From IMG/VR virus record IMGVR_UViG_3300045988_182866: a stretch of 64,000 nt of DNA. One strand, given 5' to 3'. Of the stretch, positions 27,528-36,863 are shown piece by piece. The position numbers and the translations under genes were made by a program. The notes beneath the pieces are model-generated. The model saw only the letters and a program-made list of their open reading frames with translations, searched no databases and had not been told where the DNA came from. Source of the stretch: a virus. Positions within the stretch are counted from its first letter, which is position 1. Every line of letters begins with the position of its first letter.

Positions 27528-30125
27528 CTATTCTTCTCCGAATAAATCAAATAATTCAAATTCATATTCATCTGTTACATTAGGAGGAGTCCAGTTTGCC
27601 ACTTTATAAAGGCTGGCAATGCAAGCATAAAATGGCTTTTCAAATATTCTTCGATAGTCAATCTCAAATAATTCAAGAAATTCAGGAGGCATATACCCGT
27701 CTCGAATAGCAATCGAGTCAATCCTATACTTATTATTGGGCTTTAATGCAATAACCTGTATTGTATCTCCTTCTCTAATAGGCTGAACTCCATGGATTTT
27801 TTCCTTTTCTATAATAAGATTATAATAATATGCAGCTCTAATATGAGCTTGCATGCCTTTCATAGTCTGAAAACCAGAAGAACCGTCAGAATATTTGTTA
27901 AATGTTTTAACTCGGGCAATCTTGCAAATAGTTGTCAATGGAAGTTTTTTAAATTCTTCATATGCCTCTCTTAGCCTTTTATCGGTTTCATACTTATTCT
28001 GATGAAGAATCATAGGCTCAATAACTTTTTTACCAATTTCTTTAATCGGCTTACTCATAATACTTTTAGCCAGTTCAACACCAGTATATTTCCAAGAGAT
28101 TTTGAGATTACCCTCGAGGTCTACTTCACCTTCATTATCAACACAATGTAAAACGTAATTCTTCTTTTTGCGGTACAAACCATAGTCGCAAATCTTTTCA
28201 CGTTTAAAATGAAGGATTGTTCTCTTAGTATTAAACGTTTCAGTTACAAACTTATTGAGTTCTCTATCAATGTAATCATTAAGTTCATCAATAAGTTTAT
28301 ATCCTTCTGGAGTAACTTTAGAATCTTTACAAATTATAATCCCGGCAACTCCATGAAGAGAAACGCCAACTGAGTCAGTATCATTAAAGATAATATGCTC
28401 CTCGGCAACTTCTTCAGTCATCCCGGGAGTTTTCATCATAATAAAATCTTTGACAATTCTATTAACCTGTTTAATAGTGCATTGTCCAGTTAAAGTAATT
28501 GAATTTCCTATTGAATCATGGCCCAAAGGACTCGTCTTAGAAGTCAAAGCTCCATAACAGCTGTTAATACAAAGTTTCTTTGTATATTGCGCAATTTGAA
28601 GCTGCTTAATTTTTAATTCAATCTTTTCTTTCTCCTCTTTAGGAAGATCTTTCTTTAATTCTTCTTCAAGCCTAACAATTTCCTTTCTGTCTTTCTTTCG
28701 AGAATCAAAGACACTTTCCATAAATTCTGGATAAATGCCCTGTTTCTTTTGTGAGAATAATACATTTGCAGGAGTCCTAATTAGCTCAGTATTCTTTACA
28801 AATTCATTAAACTTTTGTTCTGTTAAAGTATATTGTTTTCCAGAAGTTAATGTCAAATGAATATTTCCATCTCCCAATTCCACAAATTCACCAACCATTG
28901 TTTCAATGGAAATATTATTCGTAATGGCGCAAGAAGGGTATAGCGATGCAGCATCATACGTTATTAGATCTTTTACAAGACCTGGTTTTACGCTTACATA
29001 TCCGCCTTCATTCTTACCTTCAAGGACTTCTCGTTTTGGAGTAAAAAGGATTTGTCCCCGAGATCTTGCTTTTAGAGCAATTGCTCCGGAAACATATGCA
29101 ACTACGCCTAATCCATCTTCAAAATTCGTTAATCCAAGAGTAGCGAGATACCTTAAAAGAGCGAAATAATTAGTCTTCTTATCAATCTTTACAAGAAGTT
29201 CAACATCTCGAATATTATAAAGAACGAAATCATTCCAATTATTTTTTTGGAAATCTCCAATGGGTCCTTCATACTCAAGTTTTTGTTCTCCTACTTCTAT
29301 TGAACCAATGTGGTCCAGCTTATAAGAATCTTGAAGTTTTACCTTTAGTTTCTTATAAACATCAATATAGTCAATAATAAGCATTCCAGGAGTAATATAT
29401 TTTGTATATTCTCTTGGAGGATTATCCTTTGTTTTACCAATGCCCATATTGAATATTCCCAAAGGACTTAATCTTTTTAATTCATCCTGTCCTAAAACTT
29501 TAGTAATCCGATTGACCAAATAAGGCATATCGAAAAAATTTGAGTTCCAGGCAGAAAGAATATCAGGATGGTCTTTTTCAATATATCTTAAAAATGATTC
29601 AAGGAGTTCATATTCATCTTCGCAATGAATATAAAATACCTTCAGGTCATTAGGTAATTCTCCGGTAAATTCTTTTGTACCGAATGTAGTATATTCATTA
29701 GTCAAAGAATCATGAATAGTAATAAGACTAATCGGAGCTCTTGCCTCTTCCGGTGCTGGGAATTCATTATAAGGAAGTGGCTCAGTTTCAATATCGAAAA
29801 AACAAATCTTCAAAGGATTCTTAGAAAAATCTTCAGAATCCTGCATTCCTCCATATTCATCCATTAAGAATTGCTGAGCCGGTTTAAAATTCTCAAATAA
29901 CCTTGTTATTTTTGAATCCTTAATGAATTCACTTCTTTCCCATGAATTCTTAAAAATCTTTTTGGACAAAGGAGTACCAAAAATAGAAGTATACTTCCCA
30001 TTTGAATCCTCAATATACAAATATGGAGAATAAGGACGGTCAACCATAATTCGGTCGCCGTCCTTATTCCAAGTAAACAATTTGATATTTTTATCTCGTC
30101 CGTCCCAATAAGCGAATCGGTACAT
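27528..30125 (-). CDS. DNA polymerase, family B (T4 gp43-like), with the 3'-5' exonuclease domain.
   Basis: ExoI reads FFDIETE. Motif A reads DAASLYPS, motif B KLCINSCYG, motif C FNDTDS. Size is 865 aa. Confidence 0.95.
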   Translation of the reverse strand: MYRFAYWDGRDKNIKLFTWNKDGDRIMVDRPYSPYLYIEDSNGKYTSIFGTPLSKKIFKNSWERSEFIKDSKITRLFENFKPAQQFLMDEYGGMQDSEDFSKNPLKICFFDIETEPLPYNEFPAPEEARAPISLITIHDSLTNEYTTFGTKEFTGELPNDLKVFYIHCEDEYELLESFLRYIEKDHPDILSAWNSNFFDMPYLVNRITKVLGQDELKRLSPLGIFNMGIGKTKDNPPREYTKYITPGMLIIDYIDVYKKLKVKLQDSYKLDHIGSIEVGEQKLEYEGPIGDFQKNNWNDFVLYNIRDVELLVKIDKKTNYFALLRYLATLGLTNFEDGLGVVAYVSGAIALKARSRGQILFTPKREVLEGKNEGGYVSVKPGLVKDLITYDAASLYPSCAITNNISIETMVGEFVELGDGNIHLTLTSGKQYTLTEQKFNEFVKNTELIRTPANVLFSQKKQGIYPEFMESVFDSRKKDRKEIVRLEEELKKDLPKEEKEKIELKIKQLQIAQYTKKLCINSCYGALTSKTSPLGHDSIGNSITLTGQCTIKQVNRIVKDFIMMKTPGMTEEVAEEHIIFNDTDSVGVSLHGVAGIIICKDSKVTPEGYKLIDELNDYIDRELNKFVTETFNTKRTILHFKREKICDYGLYRKKKNYVLHCVDNEGEVDLEGNLKISWKYTGVELAKSIMSKPIKEIGKKVIEPMILHQNKYETDKRLREAYEEFKKLPLTTICKIARVKTFNKYSDGSSGFQTMKGMQAHIRAAYYYNLIIEKEKIHGVQPIREGDTIQVIALKPNNKYRIDSIAIRDGYMPPEFLELFEIDYRRIFEKPFYACIASLYKVANWTPPNVTDEYEFELFDLFGEE

Positions 30126-30129
30126 ATTT

Positions 30130-30681
30130 TTATTTTATGTCTAGTCTGGCTTTAATAATTGACAAGGCTAAATCATATCCTCCTTGATCTCCGGAAATCC
30201 TATGAGGCTTAATATTAAGATCTCCTAAAAACTTTTCAAGGTCTTTAGCTATTTTATCTGATTCTTCTTCGGTTTGATGCCTTCCAATTGGATTATAAGG
30301 CTTAACCCTGTTGATAAAAAAGTTTAAATTATCATATTGATGATGAGTCTTAACAATCAGCTGAGTTCTTTCGTAAGCACAATTATCATTGCTATAATAA
30401 GCGCTTAGCAATAACGGACTATCGGTAATAATTGCATCAACTTTTCCGTTAACTCTGGATAATTTGAAAGATTGTTTGCCAAAAATATAATTTTGATCTT
30501 CAAAAACTGATTTATTCTCTTCCCATACTTTATCCTTGGCAAATTCGCTGACATATTCACAATTAACACCTAAGCATTTTAAGTTATAAAACAAATATGC
30601 CGCACCCGTTGACTTACCTGCACCAGGTTGTGCAAACAAATTAACCACTAAAGTTCTTTTCACGTTTTCTTTATTTTGCAT
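30130..30681 (-). CDS. P-loop NTPase, putative nucleotide/nucleoside kinase (183 aa).
   Basis: Walker A reads FAQPGAGKST near the N-terminus. Size is typical of small kinases. Confidence 0.55.
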   Translation of the reverse strand: MQNKENVKRTLVVNLFAQPGAGKSTGAAYLFYNLKCLGVNCEYVSEFAKDKVWEENKSVFEDQNYIFGKQSFKLSRVNGKVDAIITDSPLLLSAYYSNDNCAYERTQLIVKTHHQYDNLNFFINRVKPYNPIGRHQTEEESDKIAKDLEKFLGDLNIKPHRISGDQGGYDLALSIIKARLDIK

Positions 30682-30692
30682 TTTTCTTAAAG

Positions 30693-32501
30693 TTAAATGG
30701 TGATTCTTTTTGTAATACCATTATGCTTGTCTAATTGAATAATTTCACCGATTCCAGCTTTAAAGAAATCAGGCTTATGAGAAATGAGATAAATCGCCTG
30801 GTCTTCTTTCTGGGCAAATTCTTCTAAAATATTACAAACAATTTCCGAGTTAGTTTTATCCAAAGAAGAATCAAGAATTTCATCATAAAAAGAAACGTTG
30901 TAACTTACGGAACCTTGCAATTTAAGAATATCTCTAAATGCCCATATACAAGCTAAGTCTAGCATTTTAGATTCAGCACCGGAAAGATTTCCATAACTTA
31001 CCATAATTCCTCTTTTATTGAGAATTTCTTCTTCAAATACTTCATTAAATGATAATGAATATTGAGAATTCTGCTTAGTGAGATAATACTTGATTCTAAA
31101 ATTCAGTAAATCAAGAAGCTTTTTAATAATATAAGCCCTGATACCTTCTTCAGAAAGAATAAATCTTGCAATTTCAAATTTAGCTAAAGAAGCATTAATG
31201 TCTTTAATAACTTCTTCTTTTTTGGCTTTTTCTTTTTCGGCTTTTTCAATTAAATCTTTGAATATATCTTTTTCTTCAGATTCCTTCTCATGAACCTGGT
31301 ATTGTTTTAAAAGATCTTCTTTTAATTTTAAAGTATCAGTCTCAGCTTTAATGGCTGACTTATTATTGCTAATTTCCCATTCTAAATCCCTTAACTGGTT
31401 TAACTCTTTTTGCTTCTTTTGCTGAATATCCTGAGCTAGGGCAATAAGTTTGTTTAATTTTTCTTTTTCTTCTTCTTTCTTTAGAAGTTTATCTTGAAGT
31501 TCTTTAATAGAATGTTTAATTTCAATTTGATCTTTATCAGTAAATGGGCGGTTACATTCGGCACAAACTGGACCAAACTTTAATAAGGTATCAATTTTTT
31601 CAGATATAGTCTTTTTTTCATTCTTAATAGCTCCTAAATCAGCAGCTATTCTTATTTGGGCTTCCCGAGTCTTTCCTATATCATTTTTAATAGCATTTAA
31701 AATACTCTCGGAAACCTTTATTTTAGAAAGTCTAGCTTCCTCTTCCTTTAATTTAGAAATCTTTAAGGAAATTTTATGAATATCTTTTTCAATAATTTGT
31801 TTCTCAAGTTCTTTCTTTTGTTTTTGATTGGCAATTCTCTCCAACTCTTTCCTTTGTTTAGAAGTATAATCAAAAATATTAGAATTAATTTGTTCTACAA
31901 GTTTAGATTCTATGTCAAGTTCTCTTTTAGAGATATTAATATCATCCTTAACAAGCTTAAACATTTGAGTTACTACATCAAGATTAAAAAGACTTTCAAT
32001 AAACTTCTTTTTATCAGTCTTGCCCTGGCTCATAAATGGAATTGTATTATTTGCCTGCATGGCAATACAATTCTTAAAAACCTCTTGAGATGTAGAAAGA
32101 ACCTCTAAAATATAAGTTGTCGTATTAGGAATACTATCTCTTGTTTTATCCCTCCCGTCCTTGAATACCTTTAAAGAAGACGGATTTAATTCTCGAATAA
32201 TCTTAAAATTATTATTTCCCTTGGTCGAATTACAGTTAAATTCAAGAATAACTTGAGTTGTTCCTTTAACCAAATTATTAGGAATATTCCTAATTGCTAA
32301 ATCTTTTAGAGTTTTTCCAAAAATAGCAAAAGAAAATGCCGCAACGATAGAACTTTTGCCAACACCATTTTTAGTGCCCGGTACATCAGAATTTGTACCA
32401 GTGATGAAATTAACACCTGGTTTAAATTCAATTACAACAGACTCTTCACCAATCGATAAAAAGTTTTTAATTTGAATTTTTTTAAATGTTATAAACTTCA
32501 T
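30693..32501 (-). CDS. Recombination ATPase, Rad50/SbcC family (T4 gp46-like).
   Basis: N-terminal Walker A reads GTNSDVPGTKNGVGKSS. A long coiled coil carries a CAEC zinc hook. The C-terminal signature is LSGAESKMLDLA followed by Walker B DEILDSSLD, which parallels T4 gp46. Confidence 0.85.
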   Translation of the reverse strand: MKFITFKKIQIKNFLSIGEESVVIEFKPGVNFITGTNSDVPGTKNGVGKSSIVAAFSFAIFGKTLKDLAIRNIPNNLVKGTTQVILEFNCNSTKGNNNFKIIRELNPSSLKVFKDGRDKTRDSIPNTTTYILEVLSTSQEVFKNCIAMQANNTIPFMSQGKTDKKKFIESLFNLDVVTQMFKLVKDDINISKRELDIESKLVEQINSNIFDYTSKQRKELERIANQKQKKELEKQIIEKDIHKISLKISKLKEEEARLSKIKVSESILNAIKNDIGKTREAQIRIAADLGAIKNEKKTISEKIDTLLKFGPVCAECNRPFTDKDQIEIKHSIKELQDKLLKKEEEKEKLNKLIALAQDIQQKKQKELNQLRDLEWEISNNKSAIKAETDTLKLKEDLLKQYQVHEKESEEKDIFKDLIEKAEKEKAKKEEVIKDINASLAKFEIARFILSEEGIRAYIIKKLLDLLNFRIKYYLTKQNSQYSLSFNEVFEEEILNKRGIMVSYGNLSGAESKMLDLACIWAFRDILKLQGSVSYNVSFYDEILDSSLDKTNSEIVCNILEEFAQKEDQAIYLISHKPDFFKAGIGEIIQLDKHNGITKRITI

Positions 32502-32769
32502 TATCAGCCAACTTTTCTAAAATCTTTTTCTTATTTTTAACCTTTTGCTTATGCTTCTTTACAAATGAAAAACATTTTGAATAAAACTTACATTCATTCT
32601 TTGAACAATTACAATGAGGCCACCAATCATTTCTGCAAAATGGTAATTCTTTCCAAGAATTTTTATGAGCACCTCCATGTACTCCATCTCTTTTATCCCG
32701 GGACATTAGAAATCTCTCTATATTTCTTTTGCAAATATTGCAATACTTCTTTTGGATTAGGAACATCAA
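32482..32769 (-). CDS. Small Cys/His-rich ORF overlapping the junction of the gp47-like and gp46-like genes; tentative call.
   Basis: The 95-aa product has about 8 Cys and 4 His. It overlaps the 3' end of the gp47-like gene by 77 bp in another frame, so it may be spurious. Confidence 0.25.
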   Translation of the reverse strand: MMFLIQKKYCNICKRNIERFLMSRDKRDGVHGGAHKNSWKELPFCRNDWWPHCNCSKNECKFYSKCFSFVKKHKQKVKNKKKILEKLADNEVYNI

Positions 32770-33730
32770 GCAAACCGATATATTCTTTAATTGCTTCCAT
32801 TAATTCTAAAGCAACAAAATCAGTTTTTGTATCAATAGCAGAAGAAAATCCTTTATTATCCCAGTCAATATCGCATTCCAGAGGCTGACAAGATGACAAT
32901 AATTTAATAAGTTCATCCATGTCATCTACAGTAATATTCTTATCAATCGCCAGTCGAAGATAATTATTAACAATTTCTTTACCAATCTTAGAAGGTTCTT
33001 TTCTAATTAGGGAAGAAAGAGTCATCTTAATAAATTTAGGAGAAATCTCATTATAATGATAAGAATATTTTCCTGTATCTACATCAAGAATAATAAAACC
33101 TTTCTTATCTCCCGCCTCTCCATAGTTCATCTGAAAAGGATTACCTACATAAACAATAGATCCAGATGAATATTTTCTAAACTGGGCTTTATGAAAATGC
33201 CCAGAAAAAATACTATTAAATTTCTTCAATAGATCAGATAATTTAAAACCTTCTTCACAAAGATGCTCAGATGAATTCATTTGAAACGTATTAATCTCAA
33301 AATGACCGAACAAATAATCAGAAGATTCAATTTCTGGATTTAACGGATTAAATCCCCATGGACAAAGAGTAATACTTTTATCCCCGATATTCAATCTGGC
33401 AGGCTTATCATAATATTTGATATTATTATATCCTTGAAAAATAGAAGTAGAAGATACTTCAGTGCTTCCGGAAAAATACAAATCGTGATTACCTGGAAAT
33501 ATATGAATAGAAAAATCCTCCAATAACCGGAGGATTTTTGCTGTTGAATTCAAAGTATAAACATCTACCGAATTTCTGTTATGAAACCAGTCTCCAAGAA
33601 AAAATACATCTTTAATATTTTTCTCTTTGAGAGTTTTAACCATATCTTGGATAAATTCAACTGCAACACTATGCCAATGTTGATTATCTCCTTTAATTCC
33701 AAGATGTAAATCAGAAAAAATTGCTATCAT
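32693..33730 (-). CDS. Recombination nuclease, Mre11/SbcD family (T4 gp47-like).
   Basis: Phosphoesterase motifs read SDLHLG, GDWFH and GNHDL, as in T4 gp47. Size is 345 aa. Confidence 0.85.
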   Translation of the reverse strand: MIAIFSDLHLGIKGDNQHWHSVAVEFIQDMVKTLKEKNIKDVFFLGDWFHNRNSVDVYTLNSTAKILRLLEDFSIHIFPGNHDLYFSGSTEVSSTSIFQGYNNIKYYDKPARLNIGDKSITLCPWGFNPLNPEIESSDYLFGHFEINTFQMNSSEHLCEEGFKLSDLLKKFNSIFSGHFHKAQFRKYSSGSIVYVGNPFQMNYGEAGDKKGFIILDVDTGKYSYHYNEISPKFIKMTLSSLIRKEPSKIGKEIVNNYLRLAIDKNITVDDMDELIKLLSSCQPLECDIDWDNKGFSSAIDTKTDFVALELMEAIKEYIGLLDVPNPKEVLQYLQKKYREISNVPG

Positions 33731-33795
33731 TACTTGCCTAAAACCATTCTTTTATCTGAACTTTATCCTTTGCCGCTAAGATTCTTGAATTTCAA

Positions 33796-34977
33796 TCATT
33801 CCGCAATAAAAACCTTATTTCCTACATCCCATATCCGGTCCCAACCGTTTGCACTCATATTTTCATATTCAGATAATTTAAGATCAAAATAATTCAAAAG
33901 ACGCGGTAATTTATGTTTTTGAAATTGAACTCGGCTTTTTCGTTGAAGAGAATTATCTTTAAAATAAAAGTAATTCGGGTCAGCATCATGAATCTCCTTA
34001 AATCCAATTTGTCGATAAAGCTGACCTTGGGACCATCGACGATCGGCATATGTAATTACACTGCCTGCATTATTTCTACGAAAATATTCAAACAACTTGG
34101 AAGCTCCTCCAATTACTGTAAAATTAGCAACTGTACAATAGCGAATCAGTTCATAATCATATTTCTTGTTAAACCTGGATTTATTAAAAGTCATTACAGC
34201 CACCATGCGATTCTTATAAAATAATCCCAGATTAATGGAAGAAGCGTAAGTTCCTTGAATATGATATTTTAAAATAAATGGCTTAACTTGCTGATAAGTC
34301 AATTCGCGAACTTTACATTTACGAGCATAGATCTTTCCGGAAGTAATTCCAAGAAGATGACGAATACGGGCCTTAACAATCTGCGGCTTCAATTCCCATT
34401 CATCTTCGAATACATGAATTAACCGTACTCCTTTTTCTTCACACTTATTTGTTTCAGTCAAATGGTACCGTTTAGTAAATCCATTTCGTTCACAATGTCC
34501 TGAAAGGGAATCAAACTCAAAAGCAATCTTCTTATCTGGAATATGAATAGCAATAGTATAAGGAGCTGCTAACTCTTTATCATTCTCAATAATCCGGCCA
34601 TTATAAACACTTTTAATATAATTTATAAAATTATTATAAGACTCAGGGTTAGATACCGGCTCAACAATAGGAGCTGGTTCTTTTTTAGAAGACGTGGAAA
34701 CTTTTTTAATTTTTTCCTTCTTTTGCTTTGGTTCTTTTGGAGCTTTGGACACTTTAGGCTCTGTATTTTTCCTTAATGCTTCAATAGCACATTGCCTGCA
34801 TCCATACTTGGAACGTATAAAATGCTGGGTTAAACAAAAGAAAGATCCATGATCCTTGCAAATAATTTCAACCGGTTTCCTGTTACTTTGATAATCAACT
34901 TTAGAGTAATCAAATTGATCTCCAAATTTTTCAAGGCAGAATTTAATAAAAGCTTCCTTACGTTGTTCTTTTTTCAT
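33796..34977 (-). CDS. Homing-endonuclease-like protein. One N-terminal zinc-ribbon module is followed by a DUF559/Vsr-like segment and a C-terminal domain of unknown family.
   Basis: The N-terminal module FDYSKVDY...IICKDHGSF...YGCRQC is shared with the paralogs at 36864..37547 and 60588..61517. The internal IAFEFDS..H segment is DUF559-like. Confidence 0.55.
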   Translation of the reverse strand: MKKEQRKEAFIKFCLEKFGDQFDYSKVDYQSNRKPVEIICKDHGSFFCLTQHFIRSKYGCRQCAIEALRKNTEPKVSKAPKEPKQKKEKIKKVSTSSKKEPAPIVEPVSNPESYNNFINYIKSVYNGRIIENDKELAAPYTIAIHIPDKKIAFEFDSLSGHCERNGFTKRYHLTETNKCEEKGVRLIHVFEDEWELKPQIVKARIRHLLGITSGKIYARKCKVRELTYQQVKPFILKYHIQGTYASSINLGLFYKNRMVAVMTFNKSRFNKKYDYELIRYCTVANFTVIGGASKLFEYFRRNNAGSVITYADRRWSQGQLYRQIGFKEIHDADPNYFYFKDNSLQRKSRVQFQKHKLPRLLNYFDLKLSEYENMSANGWDRIWDVGNKVFIAE

Positions 34978-34998
34978 AGAATGAATATAACTAATTTC

Positions 34999-35634
34999 TC
35001 AATTTTTAAAGGTGCGCAGATTACACACTTTATTTTTAGTATGTATCTTGGTAAACAACAAATTTTCTATAGATTTTCTATTATTTTTCCAGTCTCTTTC
35101 TTCGACATTTATTAGTAGAATATTTGCTTCTTTACAACGCCTTTCCTTTTCGGCATGACAGCCAGGCTGTCTTTCTTCTTTAAGTTTATGCCAGTGAGAT
35201 CCATTATATTCAATGCCAATTCTTAATTCGGGAAGAAATATGTCAAGCTCCATTCTTCCTATTTGAGTCTTATCATTTTCAAGAACTTCTCCCGAATAAA
35301 TTGACTTAATATATGCACAAACTTCTTTTTCTCCTCTAGATGTCTGTTTAGATAAGGCACATATTGGACAACCTTGTTGAAGATACCAATGACTAGACGG
35401 TATTTGTTGAAATACTCCGTGTACAGGACATATGATATTAACCTTAGAATGTGCGTTTACATAATTTACTAAAGAATAATCATATTTTTCTCCATGAACT
35501 TTTCTAGACCTCTTAATAAATTCATCAATTGTTAACTTTTCAAAACCAAAACATTTAGGACACCCTGAGCCATTTAAATGACTATTTGGTTTTTGCCAAA
35601 AAATACCATGTTTAGGACAAATAATTGATAGTTG
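34999..35634 (-). pseudogene. C-terminal fragment of the IS-disrupted homing-endonuclease-like gene (zinc-ribbon modules plus a DUF559/Vsr-like PD-(D/E)XK domain).
   Basis: The frame is open back to a stop at 35635-35637 with no start codon. It begins mid-module (IICPKHGIFWQ...). Its C-terminus ELDIFLPELRIGIEYNGSHWH parallels the intact paralog at 60588..61517. Confidence 0.7.
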
Positions 35635-36863
35635 CTAATTTCAATGAAATTCATTGAAAATTAACTTATTTTATCATGGGGACCATATACTCCCAAGCGA
35701 AGGATATTGATAGCAGCATTAATATCAGCATCAAATGTTCCTCCACAAGTCTTACAGTGATATACTTCACCTTGTCGACTCGACTTATCAACAGTATTAC
35801 AAACGTGGCATCGTTGAGATGTATAAGCAGGAGGAACTTTAATCAACTGGAAACCTTCCGTCTCAGAAAGTGACTCAAACTTATTCATTACTTTAATGTA
35901 ACTCCACCTTTGTAACTTGTTGTTAAACTTTTTAGAAAACTTTGATTTGTACTTAATGCATTTAAGATTCTCGATAATTACTTGCCCACAATCTTTATGT
36001 TCGTTATAAAATTTCTTAACGGCTAGATTGATTGCTTCATCACGCTCCCTAAGAGCTCGTTTGAAAGCTTTAGACCGTTGTTTCTTGCGAGAAATCTTTT
36101 CATAAATGTCCTCAAGTTCTTTACCATAAACCTTTCCATCACTACATGCGAGTAACTTTTTGTAACCACAATCAACTCCTGCTGATAATTTATTCTTTTT
36201 CTTTTCAGCTTCTTCTTTTTCCCAAAATAATTTCAACGAGAAATTATCAGACAGCATGAAACTATTTTTTAATTTCCAACCATTATTTTTGAACCTCAAA
36301 CTTACTCGATGATGATTGATTGGAAGTTTAAGTAGTATAGCTCGATGTTTTGTCTCTTGAAAATATGGTGAAAATATCTTGATGAAACAGTCAAACTCCT
36401 TAGTCTTATCCTCTTCAATATCCCATAGCATATAGTTAAGATTAATACTATGGGATTTAATTACTGACTCAGTAATCTTCTTAATTCTTTTTTTCTTAAG
36501 TAAAGTAACTTGCGAACGGTAAATCTGTGAGGCCTCTCGATAACATAACGCTCTCCATCTACTATTAGAAATATCATTTAATTGTGGGCAAAACTTACTT
36601 GAAAGATTTTGTTTCAATGGTAATTCACCATCATGAATTTTATGAAGATATAACTGAAGCAACTCTTTATAATCCTTAATAATCTTCCAGTACAAATCGA
36701 TTTTATCTCGATTTGCATACTTAAGTGTATGGGAAGATGAACGAATCACTTTGTTAACATTTTTATCTAGCAAGGTAAAATTAAAACTTAGATATTTTTT
36801 TAAGAAAAAATGAAAATTTTGATTATAAATTCATTTTATTTCTTTGAAACTAATGAATAATTA
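35626..36863 (-). mobile_element. IS200/IS605-family TnpB-only element (IS1341-like, no tnpA) inserted into a homing-endonuclease-like gene; boundaries approximate.
   Basis: The flanking sequences join into one continuous ORF (...HSQKKI | IICPKHG...). The element contains tnpB. A perfect 10-bp subterminal palindrome lies at 35639-35659, right after the tnpB stop. A left-end hairpin lies at 36807-36837. Confidence 0.75.
35661..36773 (-). CDS. tnpB: TnpB (IS605 OrfB-family RNA-guided nuclease) with its RuvC-like catalytic residues and zinc finger intact.
   Basis: RuvC-I reads GVDCG. RuvC-II reads VIIENLK. The zinc finger reads CHVCN...CKTCGG. RuvC-III reads DADINAAINI. Size is 370 aa. Confidence 0.85.
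   Translation of the reverse strand: MLDKNVNKVIRSSSHTLKYANRDKIDLYWKIIKDYKELLQLYLHKIHDGELPLKQNLSSKFCPQLNDISNSRWRALCYREASQIYRSQVTLLKKKRIKKITESVIKSHSINLNYMLWDIEEDKTKEFDCFIKIFSPYFQETKHRAILLKLPINHHRVSLRFKNNGWKLKNSFMLSDNFSLKLFWEKEEAEKKKNKLSAGVDCGYKKLLACSDGKVYGKELEDIYEKISRKKQRSKAFKRALRERDEAINLAVKKFYNEHKDCGQVIIENLKCIKYKSKFSKKFNNKLQRWSYIKVMNKFESLSETEGFQLIKVPPAYTSQRCHVCNTVDKSSRQGEVYHCKTCGGTFDADINAAINILRLGVYGPHDKIS

Noticed and set aside
35661-36773. Eukaryotic-virus Fanzor rather than prokaryotic TnpB.
   Set aside because: The 370-aa size fits TnpB. The phage replication machinery is T4-like. The element has IS605-like hairpinned ends and no NLS-like extension. That makes it a bacterial TnpB.
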